Shown: positions 19,901-29,300 of the stretch, piece by piece
How positions within the stretch are numbered: the stretch's first letter is position 1
Layout: every line of letters starts with the position of its first letter
Program-made: the position numbers and the translations under genes
Notes under the pieces: generated by a model
Database searches by the model: none
What the model was told of the DNA's origin: nothing
Seen by the model: the letters and a program-made list of their open reading frames with translations, nothing else
Assembly (NCBI GenBank): GCA_964291495.2
Contig: OZ219872.1
Span: 96,001 to 160,000, forward strand
Source of the DNA: Dehalococcoidia bacterium
Lineage (GTDB): Bacteria; Chloroflexota; Dehalococcoidia; UBA2979
Length of the DNA: 64,000 nt
Reading direction: 5' to 3'

Positions 19901-20613
19901 CTCGCCTCTCGCAGCTCGGTCTCGTACCAGGCCTCGAGGGCCGCGCCGAGCCGGGCATCGAGCTCGCGGAAGCGGCTGGCGCGCTGCGACTGCCGCTCCA
20001 GCTGCCGCAGCCGCGGCGCCAGTTCGCGGATCAGCACCCGGACGTGGCCGAGGTTGTCGCGCGTCTGCGTGAGCCGCCGCTCCGCCCGCGTCAGCTCGAT
20101 GCGGTGGCCGTGCACCTCGGCGGCCTCTTCGATCAGGTTGCGGCGCTCCTGCGGCCGCAGGCCGAGCACCTCGTCGACGAGGCCCTGCGACATCATCGCG
20201 TAGGAGTTCTGGCCGACCTGCGCGCGCCGGAACAGGTCTTGCACGTCCAGCAGCCGCACCTTCTGACCGTTGATCCGGTACTCGTTCTCGCCGCTGCGGT
20301 AGGCGCGCCGGCTGACGCTCACCTCGTCGAAGTCGACCGGCATCCATTGCTCGGAGTTGTCGAGGATCAGCGTCACCTCGGCGACGCCCATCTCGCGCCG
20401 CGTGTCGGAGCCGGAGAAGATCACGTCGCCCGTCTTGCGGGCGCGGATCGAGCGCGAGGACTGCTCGCCGAGAGCCCAGCGGATCGCGTCGGCGACATTG
20501 GACTTGCCGGACCCGTTGGGTCCGACGACGGCGGTCAGGCCGGGGCCGAACTCGAAGACCTGGCGGTCCGCGAAGGACTTGAACCCGTACGCCTCGACGC
20601 GTCGCAGGTACAT
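16948..20613 (-). CDS. smc: Chromosome segregation protein SMC
   Basis: FKSF, GPNGSGKSN, coiled coils with hinge, LSGGE, LDEVDAALD, ITH. Confidence 0.97.
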   Translation of the reverse strand: MYLRRVEAYGFKSFADRQVFEFGPGLTAVVGPNGSGKSNVADAIRWALGEQSSRSIRARKTGDVIFSGSDTRREMGVAEVTLILDNSEQWMPVDFDEVSVSRRAYRSGENEYRINGQKVRLLDVQDLFRRAQVGQNSYAMMSQGLVDEVLGLRPQERRNLIEEAAEVHGHRIELTRAERRLTQTRDNLGHVRVLIRELAPRLRQLERQSQRASRFRELDARLGAALEAWYETELREASEALAAAQARHDQRSEAFAAARRQAEAFAPEIAAAERAVAAARAELSGAQRRERELAERSLALGQQRALAEQRQELLLVRRTELDAAIQELETAPGPGAADDATLIELDARVAESRASLEGAQEAMRAADEAVRDVLRDLAEAEARRSRIETTIRDAESRRARVEAEQQRRDREQREAARRRDELHDELRDYGQRALAARREHERLTQQAAEALRRRAIAERRIEETRTRAEEGREALRGATTRREQLEARRELAAELAAQLARQGSASQELLRAAREPGPDEQQLSGVVGLLGRLIRVPQGLEHAIEAALAEWIGAVVVERQDEALAAIEHLRAQGAGSVTVLPLDAVDRQYSLNMLSERGVVGVASALVKTQRKYRPLIDLLLGRTIVVEDVQTALKTVQRGLGSVVTRDGVLVRADGSIYGGSRGSAAEQFVLQDEEHALPEAIEAAREAEAAAAAQVQHFDDIVADSRDALEAARSAATAAETALRTHEQDSARLRRRLVAIGSELRLAHAVLAEDDPEATSDDAAAAIERERAALEMLDARLVGLRDRSEAVGAERDAAGEQVARAAAGLAAAEGEQAAIRDRQVALEEAHRNRGERLAERRDQALAVRQELEDLDLTLRDLGEQVANVESARRAAEEAVAPAHAALADAERAERELTATRGDSQARLFAAERELLEAQSALRELANRVQNLERQIADDGLVLREDGSVRRAVAEQAQPDLEGSAAVEPALADGGAADNGAPPVLSAPVPASGGAEVNTAELREHISELRAEIRALGPVNLEALEDLSEERERHDFLAGQVDDLEEAEAQLRTAIAELKREIRERFGDTFEHVNASFADYFERFFGGGRAELTIVEPEQEGGEAGVDVRAQPPGKRISSLSMLSGGERALTSVALLFALLDVNPAPVCVLDEVDAALDEANVGRFVDTLRGLCEHSQFIVITHNRGTVESADTIYGISMGDDSVSRVLSLRLADLPQAS

Positions 20614-20618
20614 CGGGG

Positions 20619-21344
20619 CTAGTCCGTCCCGGCTGCGCGCATGCGCAGCTCCCGCAGCGCCTCGCGGGCGGCGTCCTTCTCGGCCTGCTGCTTGGTGCGC
20701 CCGCTCCCGCGGCCCAGCACCTCGCCGTCGATGCGGACCTCGACCGAGAACTCGCGGGCATGTTCCGGCCCGCGTTCCTCGACAGTCACGTACTGGGGAC
20801 GCCCGAAGCGACCCTCGCAGTACTGCTGGAGGGCGCCCTTGGTGTTCAGCTCCGCCGGGTCGATCTGCAGCGCCTCCAGCTCGGGCGCGAGCGTGCGCTC
20901 GATGAAGCGCCGCGCGCCCTCGATGCCGCCGTCCGGCCCGCGATCAAGCTTGAGCGCGCCGATCAGCGCCTCATAGGCGTCGGCCAGGTTGCCGGGGCGC
21001 TCGCGCCCGCCCGTCGCCTCCTCGCCGCGTCCGAGCAGCAACCAGCGGCCGAGGTCGAGGCGCTTCGCCGCCTCGGCCAGCGTCGAGCCCTGCACGATGT
21101 GCGCGCGCCAGAGCGTCAGGCGGCCCTCCTCGACATCGGGGAAGCGCTCGTAGAGGCGTTCGGCGATGACCATGCCGAGCACGGAATCGCCGAGGAACTC
21201 GAGCCGATCGAAGGAGCCGTCGGAGCCCTCGTGCTCGTTGGTGTAGGACGGGTGAGTAAGCGCAAGGCGCAGCAGCGTCTCGTCCGCGAACTCGATCCGG
21301 AGAGCGGCCAGTGCGTCGTGGAGGCAAGGCGGCGCGGAGACCAA
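20619..21344 (-). CDS. rnc: Ribonuclease III
   Basis: ALTHPSY, RLEFLGDSVL, DAYEALIGA, C-terminal dsRBD. Confidence 0.96.
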   Translation of the reverse strand: MVSAPPCLHDALAALRIEFADETLLRLALTHPSYTNEHEGSDGSFDRLEFLGDSVLGMVIAERLYERFPDVEEGRLTLWRAHIVQGSTLAEAAKRLDLGRWLLLGRGEEATGGRERPGNLADAYEALIGALKLDRGPDGGIEGARRFIERTLAPELEALQIDPAELNTKGALQQYCEGRFGRPQYVTVEERGPEHAREFSVEVRIDGEVLGRGSGRTKQQAEKDAAREALRELRMRAAGTD

Positions 21345-21446
21345 GCGAGTACCCTTTCGGGCGTACGTGCTCCGCCATCACGTACGCGACCGCCCGGAAC
21401 CCCGCCACAGCCGGGACGGGCCGGGAACGCCCCGCTCGCACCCGGT

Positions 21447-21476
21447 ATCGTATGAGCGGGTGCCTGCGAGTGTCAA
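21447..21476 (-). promoter_or_regulatory. Sigma70-type promoter for rnc-smc-ftsY
   Basis: TTGACA-N18-TACGAT on the minus strand. Confidence 0.65.
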
Positions 21477-22717
21477 GAATCGCTTATCCGCTTATACGTC
21501 CTACGGTCTCGCGCCTGCGCCTCGCGCTCCCGGCCGACGCTCGTTCGCTGCTCGACGCAGCCATCGAGGCCGCCATCGAATCCGGCAGCGAGCTGTGGGC
21601 GGTCGGCGGCGCGATCCGCGATCTCGCCGCGGGCGCCGCGCCGTCCGAGGTCGACCTTGTATGCGGCGGCGATCCCGCCGTCCTCGCCGCCTCGATCGCG
21701 GCGCGGCTCGGCGAGACTGCGGGTGTGCACGAGGAGCCGCGGTTCGCCACCGCGCGCGTCGGGTGGCGCGGACGGCGGCTCGATATCGCCGCGCTGCGCA
21801 GCGAGCGCTACGCACGGCCCGGGGCGCTGCCCGAGGTGCGCCCCGGCGCAACGATCGAGGCGGACCTGGGGCGGCGCGACTTCAGCGTCAACGCCGCCGC
21901 GCTCGGCGTCGCCGGGCCACGCCGCGGCGAGCTGCTGGACCCTCACGGCGGCCTCGAGGATCTCGCCGCGCGACGCCTGCGCGCACTGCACGCCGACAGC
22001 TTCCGCGACGACGCCACGCGGCTCTGGCGCGGCGCGCGCTACGCCACGGCGCTCGGGCTGCGGCCCGATCCAGAGACGGCGCGCCTCATCGAGGACGCCC
22101 CGCGCTGGATCGCGCGCAGCTCCGGCCGGCGGCTCTGGGCCGAGTTCGAGCGCGTTGCGGAGAGCCGCCACGTCGGCGCGGCGCTGCGCCTGCTGGAGGG
22201 CTGGGGCGTGCTGCGCGGCGTGCATCCCGCCTGGTCGCTCCCACCCGAGGCCTCGCGAGCACTCGCGAGGCGGCCCGGCCCGCACTCGCCCGCGCTGCTG
22301 CTCGCCGTGGTGCTCGCCCCGCTCGCCGGGCGCGAGGCGATCGCCGCCCGCCTCGCGGCGCCGCGAGCGGCACACCGCGCCGTCGAGGAGGCGGCGCGGC
22401 TTCTTGGAGCACATGACCGCACTCCGCCGAGCCTCGCGGCCCTCGAGGGCGTGGCGGACGAGGCCCGCCTCGCCGCCCGCTGGCTCGATCCGCCGGGCCA
22501 ACGGGCGCTGCAACGCGATCTGCGGCGCTGGGAGCGCACACGCGCGCCGCTGGACGCCGGTGCGCTGCTCAGGCTCGGCGTCGAGCGCGGTCCCGCCCTC
22601 GGCGCGTGGCTCGGGCGCTTGCGCCGCGAGCGTTATCTCGGCAATCTGAGGGACGCGGCGAGCGCGCGCCGCGCGGTGCGGGCCGCATTGCGCGACGCCG
22701 AGTCGGAGGAACGATGA
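21452..22717 (+). CDS. cca: tRNA nucleotidyltransferase (class II CCA/poly(A) polymerase family); start uncertain
   Basis: VGGAIRD, EVD, RSERYARPGALP, DLGRRDFSVNA, SFRDDATR. Confidence 0.85.
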   Translation: MSGCLRVSRIAYPLIRPTVSRLRLALPADARSLLDAAIEAAIESGSELWAVGGAIRDLAAGAAPSEVDLVCGGDPAVLAASIAARLGETAGVHEEPRFATARVGWRGRRLDIAALRSERYARPGALPEVRPGATIEADLGRRDFSVNAAALGVAGPRRGELLDPHGGLEDLAARRLRALHADSFRDDATRLWRGARYATALGLRPDPETARLIEDAPRWIARSSGRRLWAEFERVAESRHVGAALRLLEGWGVLRGVHPAWSLPPEASRALARRPGPHSPALLLAVVLAPLAGREAIAARLAAPRAAHRAVEEAARLLGAHDRTPPSLAALEGVADEARLAARWLDPPGQRALQRDLRRWERTRAPLDAGALLRLGVERGPALGAWLGRLRRERYLGNLRDAASARRAVRAALRDAESEER

Positions 22718-23001
22718 GCACGCTGCCCGCCCAACGCCAGCCCGCCGAGGCGCCCGCGGCGGCGGTCACGCTGCTCGACTGCGCCGTCTGTGGCCTCCAG
22801 GGACCGCTCAAGGAGATGGCCGACTGCGCCGAGTGCGGGGCCGTCTTCCACATCGACCTCAGCCAGGACGGGCTGGGCCGCAGCTGCGGCGCGGCGACCT
22901 TCGGGCAGGCCTGCGGCTTCAGCTTCAGCTGCGACCCCTGCATCGAGCGCTACGAGGCCGACGCCGCCACGGGCGGGCACTGGCGCTCCGTCGTCCGCTA
23001 G
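22714..23001 (+). CDS. Small PHD-finger-like zinc-binding protein 1
   Basis: GGAGGA RBS; ATG overlaps the cca stop; CxxC..CxxC-x4-H..C..CxxC. Confidence 0.75.
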   Translation: MSTLPAQRQPAEAPAAAVTLLDCAVCGLQGPLKEMADCAECGAVFHIDLSQDGLGRSCGAATFGQACGFSFSCDPCIERYEADAATGGHWRSVVR

Positions 23002-23037
23002 CGGCGGTCGGCCAGGCCGCGCACGAGGAGAGACGCG

Positions 23038-23463
23038 ATGACTTCGGCCCCGACCCACACCTGCGAGATCTGCGAGGTCTCCGAGACAAACGCCCAGCTG
23101 CTCTCCGATTGCAGCAACTGCGGCATGCTCTTCCACCTCAACCCCCGCAACGACATCCCGGGCATCGACTGCGGCGACGTCTGGGTGGGCGACTGCGACG
23201 AGCCGGTGCTGCAGTTCTTCTGCAACCGCTGCCTCGAGCTGATCCGCGGCAGCATCCAGGCCGAGGGCTTCCAGGCGCCTCCTCCCGGCTTCGACCCGCT
23301 GGGTGCGCCGCCCGGCGCCCACGCCGGCACGATCGCCATGCCCCCCGTTCCCCCGCCTGCTCCGGCGTCTCCGCCTCCGCCGGCGGCAGCGAGCGAGCCA
23401 CCGCCCGCCGCAGCGCCCGAGCGCCCGAGGCGTCGCCGCTTCCGCCGCATCGACGGCCCCTAG
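23038..23463 (+). CDS. Small PHD-finger-like zinc-binding protein 2 with Pro-rich/Arg tail
   Basis: GAGGAG RBS; same Cys/His pattern as the upstream paralog. Confidence 0.78.
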   Translation: MTSAPTHTCEICEVSETNAQLLSDCSNCGMLFHLNPRNDIPGIDCGDVWVGDCDEPVLQFFCNRCLELIRGSIQAEGFQAPPPGFDPLGAPPGAHAGTIAMPPVPPPAPASPPPPAAASEPPPAAAPERPRRRRFRRIDGP

Positions 23464-23468
23464 CCTCG

Positions 23469-23813
23469 GTGGCCTCGCGCGGCCGCCGCTTCCGCCCCCG
23501 GCGCAGCGAGGCGCCCGCGCCGCCTCCCGCCGCCCAGCCGCGTCCGGAGGGCGGGACGAGCCGCCTCGGCATCGTGCTGCTGTTGCTCCTTGGCTACTGG
23601 CTCGCGCGTGTCGCGACGTTCCTGCCCGCCGAGCCGCTGCAGGCGCTGGACGTCGTCGTGGCGCTGCTCATCGCCGTGCTGCTCGCGGTCTGGTACCGCC
23701 GCCGCGCGCGGCGCTACCTCGAGGCCCGGCAGGCAGCCGAACAGCGGCGCGCCGCGAACGAGGACGCCGCAGCGGCGGCCGAGCAGACCGTCGCCGAGGA
23801 GCCTAGGGAGTAG
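23469..23813 (+). CDS. Small membrane protein (2 TM)
   Basis: GTG start after the previous stop; LGIVLLLLLGYWL and VVVALLIAVLLAVWYRRR. Confidence 0.6.
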   Translation: MASRGRRFRPRRSEAPAPPPAAQPRPEGGTSRLGIVLLLLLGYWLARVATFLPAEPLQALDVVVALLIAVLLAVWYRRRARRYLEARQAAEQRRAANEDAAAAAEQTVAEEPRE

Positions 23814-24282
23814 GCAGCCGGAACCAGGTCGCGTCGTCCTCGGGGCGAGGCGAGCGCAGCGGGGCGTAGCCGGCGCGCAGCCAGAAGTAGAGCCCGCGCC
23901 CGTTGCCGCGCGGCGCGCGCCCGTAGAAGCTGCGGACGCCCTCGCGACGCAGGCGCCGCTCCGCGATCCGCACCGCACGCTGGGCGATCGAGCGCCCGCG
24001 CCGCTCGGGCGCGATCGCGACACCGGAGAACGTCACGGTCCGCGCTCCCGGCCCCGGCGCGATGCCCAGCACCCCGACGGTCTCGCCCCCGGCACGCACG
24101 TGGTAGAGGCTCGTCTCCGCCAGCGGCGCCGTCACCGCGCCCCGATGGCTGCGCGCGACGCCCTCGCGGATCGCCTGCGCGACGCCCTCGTCCTCCGGCG
24201 GCGCGTCCGCCGCCACCAGCGTGACGCCCTCGCCGCGCGCCCAGGGACGCGCTCGCGCCGGCCGGGGGGCCGGCTCAGCCAC
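23803..24282 (-). CDS. GNAT family N-acetyltransferase
   Basis: VAIAPERRGRSIA, NGRGLYFWLRAGY. Confidence 0.8.
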   Translation of the reverse strand: MAEPAPRPARARPWARGEGVTLVAADAPPEDEGVAQAIREGVARSHRGAVTAPLAETSLYHVRAGGETVGVLGIAPGPGARTVTFSGVAIAPERRGRSIAQRAVRIAERRLRREGVRSFYGRAPRGNGRGLYFWLRAGYAPLRSPRPEDDATWFRLPTP

Positions 24283-27109
24283 GAGGCGCCTCGGAGAGCC
24301 AGGCGGCGACGGCCGCGGGCACCTCGCGCGCGGGGAGGGTGCGCCGCTCGCAGTCGGGCAGCGCCTCGAGGAACGCCTCGCCGTAGGCGCGCGCGCTGAC
24401 GCGCCGGTCGAGGATCAGGAAGACACCCCGGTCGCGCGGACCGCGGATCAGGCGGCCGAAGCCCTGGCGGAAGCGCAGCACCGCGTGCGGCAGCATGTAC
24501 TCCTCGAATGGCTGGTCGTGCAGCGCGGCGCGCGCCGCGTGGATCGGATCGGTCGGCACCGGGAACGGCAGCCGCGCGAGCGCGAGCTGCGAGAGCGCCG
24601 GACCCGGCACGTCGACGCCCTCCCAGAACGCGGCGGTGCCCAGCACCAGCGAGCGAGGGCGCTCCGCGAGCGCGCGCAGCAGGCGCGCCGGGCCGCCGTC
24701 GAGGTCGTGCGCGAGGACGCCGATGCCCTCGGCGGCGAGCGGACCGCGCAGCGCGCCCGCAGCCGAGCGCACCGCGCCGTGCGAGGTGAAGAGCGCCAGC
24801 GTGCGCCCATCCGCCGCGCGCACCGCCTCGCCCAGCACCTGCTCCGAGGCAGCCTCGTAGTCCGGCGCATTCGGCGGCGGCAGGTCGTCGACGACGAGCA
24901 CGAGCACCGCTCGGCGGTAGTCGAACGGCGAACCGACGTCGAGGGCGTCGGCGTCGGGCAGCCCGATGCGCCGCAAGCTGAAGTCGAAGCGCTGCTGCGC
25001 CGTCAGCGTCGCGCTCGTGACGAGCACGGAGTCGCGCCGCGCCCACAGCTCGTTCTCGAGGCGCTCGGCGACGTCGAGCGGCGCGCTGCGCACGCGTGGC
25101 GCGCGGCCGCCGCTGTCGAGCCAGACGATCCGCTCGGGATCGGCGCGCTGGAGCGCCTCGCGCAGCGTCGCCGCCTGCTGCGCGGCGCGCTCGGCGGCCC
25201 GCGCGAGCGCGCCGCGCAGCGCGTCGAGCGAGGGCGCGCCGGCCGCCAGCAGCGACCCGACCGTCGACTCGGCGTCGAGCAGGCGGCGCGCCAGCTGGTC
25301 GAGCGCGAGTTCGAGGTGCAGCGCCGCGTCCTCGACATCCCCCCAGAGCGGCTGCGCCCGCCGGCCCGGGGTGATCAGCAGCTGCGCGCCCCTCGCGCGC
25401 TCCTCGAACTCCTCGCTGTAGGCGGCGATCGTCGCCTCCAGGTCCGGCAGCCGCGCGCGCGCCGCCGAGGCGGCCGAGGTGATCTCGCCGGCGAGCGGGG
25501 CAAGGCCAGCGGCGGGCGAGAGCGGCATCGGGTCGAGCCGGGCGGCGCCCACCAGCGAGGCGGCGAGCGATCCTCCGCCGGCCGAGGCCTCGTCGAGCAG
25601 CTGCGCGATCTCCTGCAGCGAGACGGACTCGCCGAACTGGCTCGTCGCGACGCCCTCGAGGCGGTGCGCCTCGTCGACGACCAGGTGGCGGAAGGGCGGC
25701 AGCACCTGGTCGCCGCCCGCCGCGTTGACCAGCAGCAGCGCGTGGTTGACGACGACGACGTGCGCGGCCGCCGCCTCCGCGCGCGCCCGCTGGAGGAAGC
25801 AGGAGCCGTCGCGGACGAACGCGCAGCGCCGGGCAAGGCAGTCGTTCGTGTCGGCGGCGAGGGCGCGCCAGTGCGGCCACTCGTCACCGCGCAGGTACAG
25901 CTCCGCGCGGTCGCCGCGCTCCGTCTCGCCGAGCCAGACGGCGATCCGGGCAAGCACGCGCGCCTGGTCCGCGCCGCGCGGCTCCTCCAGCTCGATCGCC
26001 TGCGTCCAGCGCTCGAGGCAGAGGTAGTTCCCCCGCCCCTTGAGCACGGCCGTCCGCAGCGAGCCCGGCTCTGCGCCGGCCGCCGACTCGGCGAGCGCGG
26101 CCGCCGCCGGCATGTCGCGCCCGGCGAGCTGCTCCTGCAGGTTCAGCGTGTGTGTCGAGATCACGACGCGCTCGCCGCTGCGCAGCGCGTGCGAGAGCGC
26201 CGGCACGAGGTAGGCGAGCGACTTGCCGGTCCCCGTGCCCGCCTCCACGGCGAGCTGGCCGTCGTGCGCGATGTTGTCCGCGACAGCGCGCGCCATCGCG
26301 ATCTGCCCCTCGCGCGCCTCGAGGCCGGGGAAGAGGTCGGCGCGGCGGCGCGCCTCGGCGAAGCGCGCCTCCACCTCGTCCGCGTCGAGCGGCGGGAAGT
26401 CCTCGAGCGCGCGCAGCGGCGGCGGCAACTCGCGAGACTGGCGCGTGAGGTCGGCGGGCACGAGAGCGTCGCCCTTCTCGGCAACCTCGGCGCGTCGCTC
26501 GAGCGCCTCAGTGAAGAGCGGCGCGAGGCTCCAGGCGGATTGGTCGGCGAGCCGCACGAGGTCGCGGAGCGTCGCGGCCGGGAGCCGGGCGAGCCGCTCC
26601 AGCAGTCGCAGGAAGACGGCGCCCGTCACCTCGGCGTCGGCGAGCGCGCGATGCGACTCCTCGACCGTGACGCCGAGCGACTCGGCGAGCGATCGCAGGT
26701 CGAGCCGCGTCGCCGTCGGGAGCAACACCGAGGCCAGCTCGTAGCTGTCGAAGGCCGGCGCCTGCACCTGCAGGCCCGCCTCGGCGAGGAATCCGAGGTC
26801 GAAGGGCGCGTTGTGCGCAACCAGCGGGAGGCCGCGCGCGAAGGCGGCGAACTCGTGCACCGCCAGCGAGGGCGGCGGCGCGCCGACCAAATCGGCGTCC
26901 TCGATGCCCGTGAGCACGCGGATCGCCGGGGGGAGCGGGCGGCCGGGGCTGACGAACGTGCGGAAGCGCTCGCGCGGCCCGTCCGCGCCGAAGCGCACCG
27001 CGCCGATCTCGATGATGCGGTCGCTCGCCGGGTCGACGCCGGTCGTCTCGAGGTCAACCGCGACGTACTCACCGCGATCGGCTGGCGCTGTGTCGGGACC
27101 GAGAGGCAT
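24275..27109 (-). CDS. dinG: DnaQ-type 3'-5' exonuclease / DinG helicase fusion
   Basis: DLETTG, AHNAPFD, HRALAD; EAGTGTGKS, DEAH, FWEGVD, QGFGRLIR; start MPLGPD at 27109. Confidence 0.92.
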   Translation of the reverse strand: MPLGPDTAPADRGEYVAVDLETTGVDPASDRIIEIGAVRFGADGPRERFRTFVSPGRPLPPAIRVLTGIEDADLVGAPPPSLAVHEFAAFARGLPLVAHNAPFDLGFLAEAGLQVQAPAFDSYELASVLLPTATRLDLRSLAESLGVTVEESHRALADAEVTGAVFLRLLERLARLPAATLRDLVRLADQSAWSLAPLFTEALERRAEVAEKGDALVPADLTRQSRELPPPLRALEDFPPLDADEVEARFAEARRRADLFPGLEAREGQIAMARAVADNIAHDGQLAVEAGTGTGKSLAYLVPALSHALRSGERVVISTHTLNLQEQLAGRDMPAAAALAESAAGAEPGSLRTAVLKGRGNYLCLERWTQAIELEEPRGADQARVLARIAVWLGETERGDRAELYLRGDEWPHWRALAADTNDCLARRCAFVRDGSCFLQRARAEAAAAHVVVVNHALLLVNAAGGDQVLPPFRHLVVDEAHRLEGVATSQFGESVSLQEIAQLLDEASAGGGSLAASLVGAARLDPMPLSPAAGLAPLAGEITSAASAARARLPDLEATIAAYSEEFEERARGAQLLITPGRRAQPLWGDVEDAALHLELALDQLARRLLDAESTVGSLLAAGAPSLDALRGALARAAERAAQQAATLREALQRADPERIVWLDSGGRAPRVRSAPLDVAERLENELWARRDSVLVTSATLTAQQRFDFSLRRIGLPDADALDVGSPFDYRRAVLVLVVDDLPPPNAPDYEAASEQVLGEAVRAADGRTLALFTSHGAVRSAAGALRGPLAAEGIGVLAHDLDGGPARLLRALAERPRSLVLGTAAFWEGVDVPGPALSQLALARLPFPVPTDPIHAARAALHDQPFEEYMLPHAVLRFRQGFGRLIRGPRDRGVFLILDRRVSARAYGEAFLEALPDCERRTLPAREVPAAVAAWLSEAPRG

Positions 27110-27141
27110 CGCGCCTCGCCGCCCTCTCCGGGGAGTCCGTC

Positions 27142-27876
27142 CTAGCCGCGCGCGGCCGCGACCGCCTCGACGACACCCGGCTCGAAGCGCGCGAAGTCGC
27201 CGTCGGCGGAGCGCACGATCGCCTCGAAGCGGCCGGCGTGCAGCTCTTCGAGCAGCTCGGCCTCGCTCTGCAACTCGCGCTCGAAGCCGGTCGCGTAGTA
27301 GCCGATGCCGCTCTCGGAGTGCGCGTCGCTGCCGCCGGTGGTGGGGAGCCCGAGTTCGCGCGCCACCTCGTAGGCGAAGTAGTTCTCGCGCGGCGTGTTG
27401 CAGCCGTTGGCGATCTCGATCGCGTCGGCGAGCTGGAAGACGGGCAGCCGGGCCGCCTCGGCGGGGGTCAGCTCGAAGGGCACGCTGTCCTTGCGCATCG
27501 CCGTGACGTTGTCGAAGACGTGGCGGAAGGGGTGCGCGACGACCAGGAAGCCGCCGACGGCGTCGAGCTCCTCGCGCAGCTGCTCCGCGCGGCGGATGCC
27601 GCTGATGTACGCGGGCAGGCCGAACACGAGCATGTGGCCCAGGTCGGTGGAGATCTCCATCCCGAAGTTGACGAAGAAGTCCGTGTGCTGCGCGCGGTAG
27701 TCGGCGCGCAGATGGCGGTCCCACATCTTGTCGTGCTCGGAGATGTTGGCGCCGGTCAGCCCGGCCGCGCGCCCGAGTTCGGGCAGCTTGTGCGGGTTGA
27801 GCGTGCTGTCCGAGGAGGCGACCGCGGAGTGGACGTGCATATCGAGCACGCTGCGCTGCAGTCCGGGCGTGAGCAC
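27142..27876 (-). CDS. PHP-domain metallophosphoesterase
   Basis: DMHVHS, SEHD, GH, AHPFR, GGSDAH. Confidence 0.88.
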   Translation of the reverse strand: MLTPGLQRSVLDMHVHSAVASSDSTLNPHKLPELGRAAGLTGANISEHDKMWDRHLRADYRAQHTDFFVNFGMEISTDLGHMLVFGLPAYISGIRRAEQLREELDAVGGFLVVAHPFRHVFDNVTAMRKDSVPFELTPAEAARLPVFQLADAIEIANGCNTPRENYFAYEVARELGLPTTGGSDAHSESGIGYYATGFERELQSEAELLEELHAGRFEAIVRSADGDFARFEPGVVEAVAAARG

Positions 27877-27993
27877 CAGCGTCCCGCTCCTTACCTCTGC
27901 GGTTCGCGCCCCGCCGCCGGCGGGCGCCGCCCAAGGGTACGAGATGCCCGAACGGGCCGCATCACCGGACTCCGGCGGCCCTCGGCGCGACGC

Positions 27994-28392
27994 TCAACCG
28001 GCGAGCGCGGGCAGCAGCACGCCGAAGGCGAATGCCGCCACGATCGCCGTCGCCCAGATCGCGCCGCTCAACCCCCGCAGCACGAACGCCGCGGCGACGA
28101 CCGCGATCAGCACGAGACCGTGCACGATCAGCCCGAAGCGGAGTGGGTCGGCCACCTCGATGTAGGCCGCGCCGAGCAGCAGCCCGAGCAGCGTCCAGCC
28201 GAGCAGGGCGACGTTCACGAGCACCACGCCGACAAGCGGCAACGGCAGGCGGCCCAGGCTCGCCACGCGCGTGCGCCAGCGCGGGCTGCGGCTCATCGCC
28301 CAGAGCGCAAGCGCGACCGTCGCGAAGGCGGCGACCGCACCGGAGACAAAGCCGGAGAACAGCGCGCGCGCGGCGTCGACCTCGGCGCTCAT
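27994..28392 (-). CDS. Hypothetical membrane protein
   Basis: Four hydrophobic helices; coupled to the ispE stop; GGAGGAG RBS. Confidence 0.7.
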   Translation of the reverse strand: MSAEVDAARALFSGFVSGAVAAFATVALALWAMSRSPRWRTRVASLGRLPLPLVGVVLVNVALLGWTLLGLLLGAAYIEVADPLRFGLIVHGLVLIAVVAAAFVLRGLSGAIWATAIVAAFAFGVLLPALAG

Positions 28393-29300
28393 GGCTCCTC
28401 CGTGATCGCGAGCGCCTCGGCGCGCGTCAGCGTGCGCGCCGGGAACACCTCGCCACCCGCCTGCTCGAGGTCACGCCGCAGCTCAGCGCCCTTCGCGCGC
28501 TCGTGGATCAGCAGGAAGACCGCGGGGCCGGTGCCGGTCAGGTGCAGCGGCACGCCGCCGAGCGCCGCGGCGTAGGCGCCGTAGTGCGCCAGCAGCTCCG
28601 ACTCCGTGCGCTCGATCACCGCCTCGAAGGCGTTCCAGAGGTTCCCCGTCGGCGGCGGGACGTTGCGCTGCACGCGGTGAGCGACACGCGCCGAGCGCTC
28701 GCCGTCGCTGAGATCGTGCGGGTGCAGCGCGCCGAAGCGTCGCGCCGTCTTCGCCGGGGCCTGCGGGACCGGCGGGACCAGCAGCAGCAGTCGCAGCGGG
28801 CGCAGATCGCGCAGCGGCGTCACGATCTCGCCGCGCCCGCGGCAGCGCGCCGTGCCCCCGTGTAGAAAGAACGGCACGTCCGAGCCGACCGAGGCCGCGA
28901 CCGCCTCGAGGCGCTCGATCGGCCAGTCAAGCTCCCACAGTCGCGCGAGCCCGCGCAGCACGGCCGCCGCGTCCGATGAGCCGCCCCCGAGCCCGGCCGC
29001 CGCCGGGACGCGCTTCTCGACCTCGATGGCGACGTTGGGCTCGCGGTCAGCCGCCGCGGCGAGCGCCCGCGCGGCCGCGGCCGACAGCTCGCCCTCGCCG
29101 GCGATCTCCTCGGCGCCGCGCCCGCTGAGCCGCACGTCGAGCGCGGGGGCCGGGCGCAGCCGCACGCGGTCGGCGAGATCGATCGTCGTCATCACCGTGT
29201 CGAGGTCGTGGTAGCCGTCGTCGCGCCGCCCGGTCACCTCGAGCACGAGGTTCAGCTTCGCCGGCGCGAGCAGCGAGAGGGCAGAGGCGCTACCCGACAT
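28389..29300 (-). CDS. ispE: 4-diphosphocytidyl-2-C-methyl-D-erythritol kinase
   Basis: APAKLNLVL, DGYH, PAAAGLGGGSSDAA, GSDVPFF. Confidence 0.95.
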   Translation of the reverse strand: MSGSASALSLLAPAKLNLVLEVTGRRDDGYHDLDTVMTTIDLADRVRLRPAPALDVRLSGRGAEEIAGEGELSAAAARALAAAADREPNVAIEVEKRVPAAAGLGGGSSDAAAVLRGLARLWELDWPIERLEAVAASVGSDVPFFLHGGTARCRGRGEIVTPLRDLRPLRLLLLVPPVPQAPAKTARRFGALHPHDLSDGERSARVAHRVQRNVPPPTGNLWNAFEAVIERTESELLAHYGAYAAALGGVPLHLTGTGPAVFLLIHERAKGAELRRDLEQAGGEVFPARTLTRAEALAITEEP

